Shown here: piece by piece, positions 8,035 to 15,124 of the stretch
Position numbering within the stretch: position 1 is the first letter of the stretch
How the letters are laid out: each line of letters begins with the position of its first letter
Notes under the pieces: generated by a model
Told to the model about the DNA's origin: nothing
Databases searched by the model: none
Seen by the model: the letters and a program-made list of their open reading frames with translations, nothing else
From: Candidatus Acidiferrales bacterium
Lineage (GTDB): Bacteria; Vulcanimicrobiota; Vulcanimicrobiia; Vulcanimicrobiales; Vulcanimicrobiaceae
NCBI GenBank assembly: GCA_035503775.1
Contig: DATJTD010000209.1
Span: 1 to 20,245, forward strand
Direction of reading: 5' to 3'
DNA: 20,245 nucleotides
Translations under genes and position numbers: made by a program

Positions 8035-8059
8035 AATTCGCATTTTCGATTCGCGAAAA
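8035..8059. repeat. Hairpin motif copy B: AATTCGCATTTTCG-ATTCG-CGAAAA, a perfect 6-bp inverted repeat TTTTCG/CGAAAA with a 5-nt loop.
   Basis: Direct repeat of copy A about 270 bp away. Together they bracket the A/T-richer intergenic segment that carries the LexA-like box. Confidence 0.3.
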
Positions 8060-8154
8060 CTAAAGGCGACCGAGGCGCTCTATTCCGTCTTCGCTTTTTG
8101 ACGTAACACGGCGCCGACGCGAGCGGTACGATGTGTTAAAGGAGTCGTTAAAAA

Positions 8155-9042
8155 ATGTTTGACAAGGCTAGAAGTGTGACGTCTTACCGGGCGGCGGTAC
8201 AGCCTTTTCCATTCGCGGTATTTGTTTTCGTGATTTCCGCTACCGCCGGAACGTATTGGCTCACGCAATCCGTCGCCGTCGCCGTGACGGGGGCCGTCGT
8301 CGCGGTCATCCTCGGCTGCGGCTTGAAAGTCGTGAACGCGTACGATCGTGGAGTCGTCTTTCGCTTCGGGCGCTTCGTTCGCGTGCTGGAGCCAGGCCTC
8401 GGGTTCGTCATCCCGATCGTCGAATCGCTTGTTGCGGCAGTCGATATGCGCGTGCGTACCACACGTATCGTTGCGGAACACACGCTTACCAAAGATGCCA
8501 TTCAGGTGAACGTGAGCGCCGTCGTTTTCTGGCGAGTCGTGGATTCTCAGGCAGCGTTGCTGGCCGTGGCGGATTACGCAAACACGTTGGATCTCGCCGC
8601 GCAGACGGGCTTGCGTGAACTGATCGGCAAGTCGATTCTCAGCGAGCTTTTGAGCAACCGAGCCGCACTCGATCTGGAGCTGCTGCACGAACTTAGACCG
8701 CGCACAGCGGAGTGGGGTGTCGAACTCTCCGCGGTCGAGATTCGTGACGTCGAGATTCCGGATTCGCTGCAAAACGCCATGTCGCAGGAAGCGCAAGCCG
8801 CCCGCGAGCGCGCGGCAAGACTCATCCTTGCGCTCGCAGAGAAAGATGCCGCACAAACGTTTCTCGATGCGGCCGCCCTCTACGAAAAGGCTCCGATCGC
8901 GCTGGAGTTGCGGCGCATGAACATCCTGTATGAAGGACTCAAAACCGACAACACGAGTATCGTCGTCATTCCAAGTTCGATTCCGTCGTCGATGTCTACC
9001 ATAACAGGCCTAGCCGCGCTCGCTGCCGGCGAAGGGCGGTAA
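8155..9042 (+). CDS. SPFH / band-7 (stomatin/prohibitin-like, HflK/C-like) membrane protein
   Basis: N-terminal TM segments, then an SPFH core (VVNAYDRGVVFRFGRF...VDMRVRTTRIVAEHTLTKDAIQVNVSAVVFWRVVD) and a coiled-coil tail. AGGAG lies 9 nt upstream of ATG 8155. Confidence 0.8.
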   Translation: MFDKARSVTSYRAAVQPFPFAVFVFVISATAGTYWLTQSVAVAVTGAVVAVILGCGLKVVNAYDRGVVFRFGRFVRVLEPGLGFVIPIVESLVAAVDMRVRTTRIVAEHTLTKDAIQVNVSAVVFWRVVDSQAALLAVADYANTLDLAAQTGLRELIGKSILSELLSNRAALDLELLHELRPRTAEWGVELSAVEIRDVEIPDSLQNAMSQEAQAARERAARLILALAEKDAAQTFLDAAALYEKAPIALELRRMNILYEGLKTDNTSIVVIPSSIPSSMSTITGLAALAAGEGR

Positions 9043-9608
9043 GGCAAAAGAGAAGGGACTGGTAGCGGGCTTCGAGCTGTCCTAGCGCGGACGACGGAGG
9101 ACGTCAAAGACTCCGCGAGTGGTAGCCGGAACTCGGGAAGCGCCGGATGCGTCAGCGTCTCGCCTTCTTGGAGAAGATGGTGTCCGGCCGTATCGCACGC
9201 GAGGATCGTGCGCTCGATCGGATCGACGATGAAGACGGCGTCGGCTCCCGCGGCCAGATTCGCCTCGACCTTGTGGTCGATATCGGCTTGATGGTCATCG
9301 GGCGAACGCACTTCGAAGGCGGCGTTCGGTGGGACGAGCGGTGCTTCGAGTCCATCATCGCTTGCGCTGCCCATGCGCTCGTGCGAAAGAAAGGCAACGT
9401 CGGGTGCGAGCGGCCGAATCTCGTCCCCGGGAGGCGCGATACGGAATCGCCACTCCGTGCCGACTTCGCCCCGGCCCCGGCCCCACGTCAGCAGTCGGTG
9501 CACGAGCTCGCCCTGGAGCAGGGCGTGCCTGCGCTTCGGGTTCACTCTCTGGACTGCCCGTCCCGTGATCCACTCCAGGCCGAGGAGGGGCCGGAGCAGG
9601 TTCCGCAC
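8880..9608 (-). CDS. Uma2-family (DUF820) putative endonuclease
   Basis: QGELVHR near the N-terminus, and PLVPPNAAFEVRSPDDHQADIDHKVEANLAAGADAVFIVDPIERTI, the Uma2 PD-(D/E)xK-like core with the WxVDP-type motif. GTG start. About 50 aa of non-conserved C-terminus runs into the SPFH 3' end, giving a 163-bp convergent overlap. Confidence 0.6.
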   Translation of the reverse strand: MRNLLRPLLGLEWITGRAVQRVNPKRRHALLQGELVHRLLTWGRGRGEVGTEWRFRIAPPGDEIRPLAPDVAFLSHERMGSASDDGLEAPLVPPNAAFEVRSPDDHQADIDHKVEANLAAGADAVFIVDPIERTILACDTAGHHLLQEGETLTHPALPEFRLPLAESLTSSVVRARTARSPLPVPSLLPYRPSPAASAARPVMVDIDDGIELGMTTILVLSVLSPSYRMFMRRNSSAIGAFS

Positions 9609-9748
9609 TTGCTAGGCGTTGGCTGTGCGTGATATGGTAGCTGGGTTTCCCGGACGAGCGCTGCTCGTGACGGGGCGTCTACCCGCTGCTCCCCCGTCGC
9701 GAGGAGCCTTCGGCCGGCCGGCCGATGTCCGCAGAGGGATCGAATGTC

Positions 9749-10042
9749 ATGCCTACGGCTTACGAAGTCACCTATATCGTCCGTCCGAGCCTCGAGGAGG
9801 CCGATGTCGACGCCAAAGTCACCCAGATCGCCGGCACGCTCAGAGAGAATGGCGCCGAGGTGGTGGGCGAGATCGAGAAGTTGGGCAAGCGCCGCTTGGC
9901 CTACGAGATCAACGATATGCGTGAGGGGTACTACGTCGTCATGAAGTTCAACGGCGACGCCGCCCAAGCCAAGGAGCTCGAGCGTCAACTCGGTTTGAAC
10001 GAAGACGTGATGCGTGCGCTCCTCATCAAACTCGACACGTAA
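9749..10042 (+). CDS. rpsF: 30S ribosomal protein S6
   Basis: MPTAYEVTYIVRP...KLGKRRLAYEINDMREGYYVVMKF is typical of S6. It lies directly upstream of ssb. Confidence 0.85.
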   Translation: MPTAYEVTYIVRPSLEEADVDAKVTQIAGTLRENGAEVVGEIEKLGKRRLAYEINDMREGYYVVMKFNGDAAQAKELERQLGLNEDVMRALLIKLDT

Positions 10043-10057
10043 ACTGGGAGGCATATC

Positions 10058-10486
10058 ATGGCCGGAAGCTACAATCGGATCACCCTCGTCGGCAACCTGA
10101 CGCGCGATCCGGAGATTCGTTATCTCTCCAGCGGTTCGGGCGTCACGAAGTTCGCGCTCGCCGTGAACCGCAAAACCAAGCAAGGCGATGAGACGATGTT
10201 CATCGACGTCGTTGCCTGGGACAAACTCGGCGAGATCTGCAACACGTACCTGAAGAAGGGCATGTCGGTCCTGGTCGAAGGGCGTCTCTCGATCCGCAAC
10301 TACGACGACAAAGAAGGCGTGAAGCGCAAAGCCGTCGAGGTCGTGGCGAGCGATATGCAGATGCTCGATAGCAAGCGTTCCGGCGGCGCCAACGGCGAGT
10401 TCGGCGGAGCCCCCGCCGCCACACGCGGTGCGTCGGTTGGTGCGGATTTCGACCAGGAAGCAATGGACGACGAGATTCCGTTCTAG
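10058..10486 (+). CDS. ssb: Single-stranded DNA-binding protein
   Basis: OB-fold N-terminus (NRITLVGNLTRDPEIRY...), a Gly-rich linker and the acidic tail DDEIPF. GGGAGG lies 6 nt upstream. Confidence 0.9.
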   Translation: MAGSYNRITLVGNLTRDPEIRYLSSGSGVTKFALAVNRKTKQGDETMFIDVVAWDKLGEICNTYLKKGMSVLVEGRLSIRNYDDKEGVKRKAVEVVASDMQMLDSKRSGGANGEFGGAPAATRGASVGADFDQEAMDDEIPF

Positions 10487-10492
10487 CGTTCC

Positions 10493-10807
10493 ATGGACGA
10501 CGAAGTACAGGCAAAGATTTTTCGATTGCTCGATGTCATTTCGATCGAGGTGGCGGCGAATCGCAGCGAAACCTCTGCACTTCGCAGCGAAACCACCGGA
10601 CTACGCAGTGAAACCGCTGGACTGCGCAGTGAGACCGCTGGACTACGCGACGAGATGCGTAGCGGTTTCAGCCGCGTTGATCGCCGCCTTTGGCGTCTCG
10701 AAACCCGTGTTGAGAACGTTGAGACGGAGCTCCAGAGCGTAAAGGGCGAGCTCCGATCGTTTCGCCATGAATTCGAGCGCCGCATCGCGCCACTCGAGGC
10801 GCCCTGA
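10493..10807 (+). CDS. Hypothetical coiled-coil protein with heptad repeats ALRSET / GLRSET
   Basis: 104 aa. It starts 6 nt after the ssb stop with no own SD, so it may be translationally coupled. Four to five 7-aa repeats are encoded by 21-bp tandem repeats. The whole protein is predicted coiled coil. I recognise no family. Confidence 0.5.
   Translation: MDDEVQAKIFRLLDVISIEVAANRSETSALRSETTGLRSETAGLRSETAGLRDEMRSGFSRVDRRLWRLETRVENVETELQSVKGELRSFRHEFERRIAPLEAP
10562..10666 (+). repeat. 21-bp imperfect tandem repeat array, about 5 units of CGCAG(C/T)GA(A/G)ACC(N)CTG(G/C)ACT(N).
   Basis: Units sit at 10562, 10583, 10604, 10625 and 10646. The last is degenerate. They encode the heptads. Confidence 0.6.
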
Positions 10808-11095
10808 GGTCAGCGACGAGTTCGTTGCGAATCGTCCCGGCCGCGGCGCGCTCACCTCGCGCGAAACCGCCCGGCTGGAGCGTTCGTTGGCTCCTGCATT
10901 CGCCTCGCGCATGTCTTTACGATGGCCGAAACAGCGTAAGCATTCGGGAGTAGTTTGTACAGCGTACCACACGCGGCAGAACTTCCCTCTGCGTAATCGG
11001 TGGGAGCAACCGTCATCAAGCTCACGGCGCAAGGTTACCGTCAGCGCTACTGTTAAAACGATACAGGGTCATGAATGTGACAAACTGGAGTCATT

Positions 11096-14000
11096 GTGGC
11101 AACGTGCGATGATACCTACCTGTCTCGACTAACAGATTATTGGCGCCGCATCCAAGTTGCTGCTGCACTCGAGGGCCTGAAAGACGAGCGCGATGGCATC
11201 GATGAAGAAGAGCAGCAAGAAAAAATCATTCGAGCGCCGTTTTCGTACAGAGAATTCGAATCCGGAACCTGCCCTGTTGTGCTCTACACGCAAGCCTTTG
11301 CGAAGCTCGATCGTGAGCGGGAGCTCGCCTACCAGAGAGCGCTTGAGCGGAACCCCAATGCGGAAATGCTGGCGGCTACGCAGCACATTCCGGTGGTGTT
11401 TAGCCCCTTCGCACTGGCAATGCCGGGCGAGCGCGACCTCATACATGTTCTCTTCGGCTGTGCCCTCGTAGATCGGAACGGAAAGATGAGCGTCGGAGAC
11501 ATCGAATCCGATCTTCCCGCTATATGGGTTGGTCGCGACCATCTTTCTCCTAGTGACGGCATCGAGGATGGCTTCTTTCCGCTCGCTGGAGCCGATGCGT
11601 ACAGCGAGGCGATTGCTGCGAAATTACGTAATCTGGGAACGTGGCCTGAAAATTGGGGTGCAATGCTTCGAGCATTCACCGAGATATGGGAAACCGCGGC
11701 AGCGAGTCGTGGCGGTTCGCAAGCCATACCATTATACGGTGCGCTGAGTACCCATTACGACGTAAAGCCTGGATGGATCCGTTTTGAGAAAAAAGACCCG
11801 AAGCGTATCGACATAGTTCGCATGTACGAAAAGCTGCAAGAACGTATCGTTGCAAAGCGCGTGCCCTCACTTTATCGCGAAGTGGCTCTAAGTGAACATG
11901 ACAACGTTTTCGATCGGCGGCGCGGAGAGATGCACCTCGGGCAAATGGGCGGCAAAAATCCTCTTGCCCCATCTCAACGTGACTCGTTGCTCGCGTACCT
12001 CCAGACTCCGGAATATCACGTTACCGCTATCAACGGCCCTCCTGGAACCGGCAAAACAACGCTTCTGCAAAGCGTGCTCGCTACTGAACTTGTGGCAAGT
12101 GCCCTGAGACAGGGCGATCCGCCGCTCTATTTGGCGGTTGCTGCAACAAATCAGGCCGTCTCCAACATCATCGCGGCATTCCGCGAAGCGACCGACGACC
12201 TCGATCATCCGCTCGCAGATCGTTGGATTCCGGGCTTGAAACGCCGCTACGGTGCGTATTTCAGAGGTTCGAGAGGCGAAGCCAAAAGACTCTCGCGGGG
12301 ATCAATCGTTTGCATCCCCCTTCAATTCAACAGCCATGCTAAAGAATACAAAGCAGACGACATAGAGCGACTTCGGCAAGACGTAGAAATTAAAAACCAG
12401 GTTGGCGACGAGGTCGCCGTGGATTTGTTCCTCCCCCTTGCTGAGTCACCGGCTGTGGTTGCCGCGTTTCTGGAGACGGCGGGCAGCGCGTTAGGTAAGT
12501 CGTTCGAAACGCTAAGTGCGTTTTTGTGCGACATACACGAGACTCTCAAAAATCTCACCGACCAGATTACGGAATACGCAAAGGCCGCAGATATCTTCAT
12601 GGAAGAAATCGAAAGAATCGGAGCTCTGGAATTCGGTAACGTTCGTGCTGCTAGAGAAGCTTTTAGCTCGCGCGTAAGAGAGGCCGAAGAGCAGTACCGT
12701 GAAGTTGCGATATCTATTTCACTTGAGTGCCGCGCAGAAGAGGACGGCGAGGCTGCCCTTCGCAAGGAAGAGGATCATCGGCTTGGGGAGTTCGATGCAA
12801 ATGAGGCCGCCATTGAGCGGGCGATCGCCATTGCTGAAGACGAACGGATTGCCGCCAAAAGGTCACGATTCGATGTTCTTAAGCTAGCGCGAGAGTCATA
12901 CGAAACTCTGCGTCCGCCGGCGACTCTGTTTGGATGGCTTGTCGAGGCGTTGTTTCCCTGGGTACGAAACCGTAAGCAAAATAAGCTGAGAGACCTAGCC
13001 GTGTTCGTCAGAAGCAACGAGAAGGTGACGTTGGGAACGAGCGTCGACAGTTTACGCGCGTTCATAGAAACGGCACTCGTCGAGTTGAATGATCTTGAGA
13101 TCGTTCGAGAAAACATCGCGGCAGAGTACGATAAGCGCCGTCGTCTACGCGATGAGCAGCGCACTCATGTAGTCAGGAAAATCGAAAATATGCGCCGAAG
13201 CCGCGAATTAGAGCGTATGGCGCGGGATGTGCCGCGAAAGGCGCATCTTCTCGAGAAGAAAAATACGTTAGACGCGGCACTTTATGCCGTGCAATCTCTT
13301 GACATGGCTCATTTGAGACTTGAGAGGTTGGATCCCGACTTTAGTTCTAACGAGTTTCCGCCATTTGAGACGGTTCGTGGGCGAATAGATACGACATTTA
13401 GACTCAAAGCGTTTCTTCTGGCTTCCCACTACTGGGAAGGCCGCTTTCTCCAAGATGCTCCAAAGAGCGGATGGCGGGCGCAAGCGAACCGCCGGAGGGC
13501 GTTTAGGATCCTGGCGATGCTAACACCTTGTTTCGTGAGTACGTTCGATAAACTCGGTACTTCGTTTAACATCATGAAGAGCGGAGAGACGCATCCACTT
13601 TGGGAATTCGCAGACTGTCTGATCGTCGATGAAGCTGGACAGGCGTCTCCCGACAAGGGGGCATTCGCATTTTCATTCGCAAAGAAAGCTATTGTCGTGG
13701 GCGATGAGCTGCAACTACCGCCCGTCAATGCGAGCGATTCGGTAACTATTCTTACGAGCGTCGCCGCTTCTGCCGGATTCCTTGAAGATGAATTCGCGGC
13801 AGATCATGGATTGCTCGCGGGCCAAGTCGGAATCCAAAAAGGACCTGGGAGTATAATGCGTATGGCATCCTCGTCGGCCTATTTTCATGCCAGTGAAGAG
13901 GCGCGCGGCATGTGGTTGCGGGATCATTTTCGATGCGATCCGCGGATTATTCGGTACTCGAATGAAATCTGGTATACCGGACAAACCTCGCTCGTACCGC

Positions 14001-14533
14001 GAAGGCCTAGACAAGAGGGCCTTCCGCTCCCGCATTTCGGCCATATGCATGTCTCAGGCAAGGCTACGAACCGGTCAAACAGAGCAGAAGCACTGTCGAT
14101 TCTGCACTGGATTAATGCTTTCGGTAAGGCGCTCGAGGATCACTACGGTATTCCGCTTCATGAAATAATTGCTGTACTAACTCCATTTAAGAATCAGAAA
14201 ACTACGTTACAAGACCTAAGAGATAAGACGTTTCGCTGGAACCGTGTGTACGCTATGCCTAGCGGCATAACGATGGGAACAGTTCATGCGTTGCAGGGCG
14301 CCGAACGTCCGGTCGTTCTATTTTCGACGGTTTATGATGAGCCCAACTCACGATATTTCTACGACGCGGAGCACACGATGCTGAACGTTGCAGTTTCGCG
14401 GGCCAAAGATTCGTTCATTGTATTTGGCAACAGAACCATTTTTGTTTCCGGCCAACCGGAGATTAGCAAACCTTCGACGGTCCTTCGCAGGCACATATTC
14501 GATGCCGCACTGAGACCGGTTCCACGCTTGTGA
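11096..14533 (+). CDS. Large (1145 aa) Upf1/DNA2-like SF1B helicase (Pfam AAA_11 + AAA_12 type) with a ~310-aa N-terminal domain of unknown function and a ~480-aa coiled-coil insertion between motifs Ia and II. Probable defence-island protein.
   Basis: Motif I AINGPPGTGKTTLL (12035-12058), Ia LAVAATNQAVSNI, II LIVDEAGQA (13619-), III IVVGDELQLPPV (13691-), IV RIIRYSNEIWY, V TVHALQGAERPVVLFS, VI LNVAVSRAKDSFIVFGN. The start is GTG 11096, with GGAG 5 nt upstream. The gene is visibly more A/T-rich than the surrounding genes. Confidence 0.8.
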   Translation: MATCDDTYLSRLTDYWRRIQVAAALEGLKDERDGIDEEEQQEKIIRAPFSYREFESGTCPVVLYTQAFAKLDRERELAYQRALERNPNAEMLAATQHIPVVFSPFALAMPGERDLIHVLFGCALVDRNGKMSVGDIESDLPAIWVGRDHLSPSDGIEDGFFPLAGADAYSEAIAAKLRNLGTWPENWGAMLRAFTEIWETAAASRGGSQAIPLYGALSTHYDVKPGWIRFEKKDPKRIDIVRMYEKLQERIVAKRVPSLYREVALSEHDNVFDRRRGEMHLGQMGGKNPLAPSQRDSLLAYLQTPEYHVTAINGPPGTGKTTLLQSVLATELVASALRQGDPPLYLAVAATNQAVSNIIAAFREATDDLDHPLADRWIPGLKRRYGAYFRGSRGEAKRLSRGSIVCIPLQFNSHAKEYKADDIERLRQDVEIKNQVGDEVAVDLFLPLAESPAVVAAFLETAGSALGKSFETLSAFLCDIHETLKNLTDQITEYAKAADIFMEEIERIGALEFGNVRAAREAFSSRVREAEEQYREVAISISLECRAEEDGEAALRKEEDHRLGEFDANEAAIERAIAIAEDERIAAKRSRFDVLKLARESYETLRPPATLFGWLVEALFPWVRNRKQNKLRDLAVFVRSNEKVTLGTSVDSLRAFIETALVELNDLEIVRENIAAEYDKRRRLRDEQRTHVVRKIENMRRSRELERMARDVPRKAHLLEKKNTLDAALYAVQSLDMAHLRLERLDPDFSSNEFPPFETVRGRIDTTFRLKAFLLASHYWEGRFLQDAPKSGWRAQANRRRAFRILAMLTPCFVSTFDKLGTSFNIMKSGETHPLWEFADCLIVDEAGQASPDKGAFAFSFAKKAIVVGDELQLPPVNASDSVTILTSVAASAGFLEDEFAADHGLLAGQVGIQKGPGSIMRMASSSAYFHASEEARGMWLRDHFRCDPRIIRYSNEIWYTGQTSLVPRRPRQEGLPLPHFGHMHVSGKATNRSNRAEALSILHWINAFGKALEDHYGIPLHEIIAVLTPFKNQKTTLQDLRDKTFRWNRVYAMPSGITMGTVHALQGAERPVVLFSTVYDEPNSRYFYDAEHTMLNVAVSRAKDSFIVFGNRTIFVSGQPEISKPSTVLRRHIFDAALRPVPRL

Positions 14534-14953
14534 TGCACCGCTAAATGGCTCCACGTTAACTCGACGAAGACGATCTCGCGCTGGCACCTGGCGCGTGGGC
14601 TTGTTCGGTCTAGGGAGTCTGCGCGACGCGGTCGTCCCGCTTACGCTGCGTCAGGACTCCGTGAATCGCGAGGTGATGCGGACACCAATGAACTCGGATG
14701 ACTGCGCCTCCGCGAGATACTGAGACGCATCCGCACCCGAGTTCAACAGATGCGAGTTTTTCAGTGATGGACCGAGCGGCGACATCTTTCCGTCTTTGTC
14801 GTACGGCCGAAATCGAGTTTGCCATGGTGGTCCTCCGCCAACACCTATTGTAGCGACAACGTAAGCCGCCGTGAAGCAAGGAGAGAGGCCACTATCGCCA
14901 AGGCAGTAAGCGACGGCGGTGCCTTACTCGCTCGTGCACCGAAGGAGGCTCCG

Positions 14954-15091
14954 ATGAAGCACCATGAGCCGACCAACGCCAAGCCGGGTGGATCGTTCTT
15001 GTGCGCCGTGGCATGGTCGAGGGAATCGATCCGCCGCGCTTCCGCGGCCGGCTCAATAACGATCAACGACACGCACCTTACTGCAGTCTAG
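14954..15091 (+). CDS. Candidate small ORF (45 aa) with a perfect Shine-Dalgarno sequence
   Basis: AGGAGG lies exactly 5 nt upstream of ATG 14954. The peptide is MKHHEPTNAKPGGSFLCAVAWSRESIRRASAAGSITINDTHLTAV. It sits in an otherwise non-coding ~590-bp gap. Confidence 0.25.
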   Translation: MKHHEPTNAKPGGSFLCAVAWSRESIRRASAAGSITINDTHLTAV

Positions 15092-15124
15092 TCGGCACCG
15101 CTTGGTTCGGCGGCCGGTTCGTGA

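Noticed and set aside
8095-8135. TTGACG -35-like hexamer upstream of the SPFH gene
   Set aside because: There is no acceptable -10 hexamer at 16-19 bp spacing. The nearest TACGAT is 23 bp away.
8080-8856. 258-aa minus-strand ORF
   Set aside because: It is antisense to the SPFH gene.
9542-10183. 213-aa minus-strand ORF
   Set aside because: It is antisense to rpsF and ssb, which have strong homology and RBSs.
10562-10666. 21-bp tandem repeats as a possible CRISPR array or minisatellite outside genes
   Set aside because: They have no spacers and are perfectly in frame. They encode heptad repeats of a coiled-coil ORF.
11050-11066. CTGT...ACAG as an E. coli-type LexA box
   Set aside because: The spacing is 9 rather than 8. 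A separate, perfect GAAC-N4-GTTC box is present at 7975, and that is the operator type expected for a high-GC non-proteobacterial genome.
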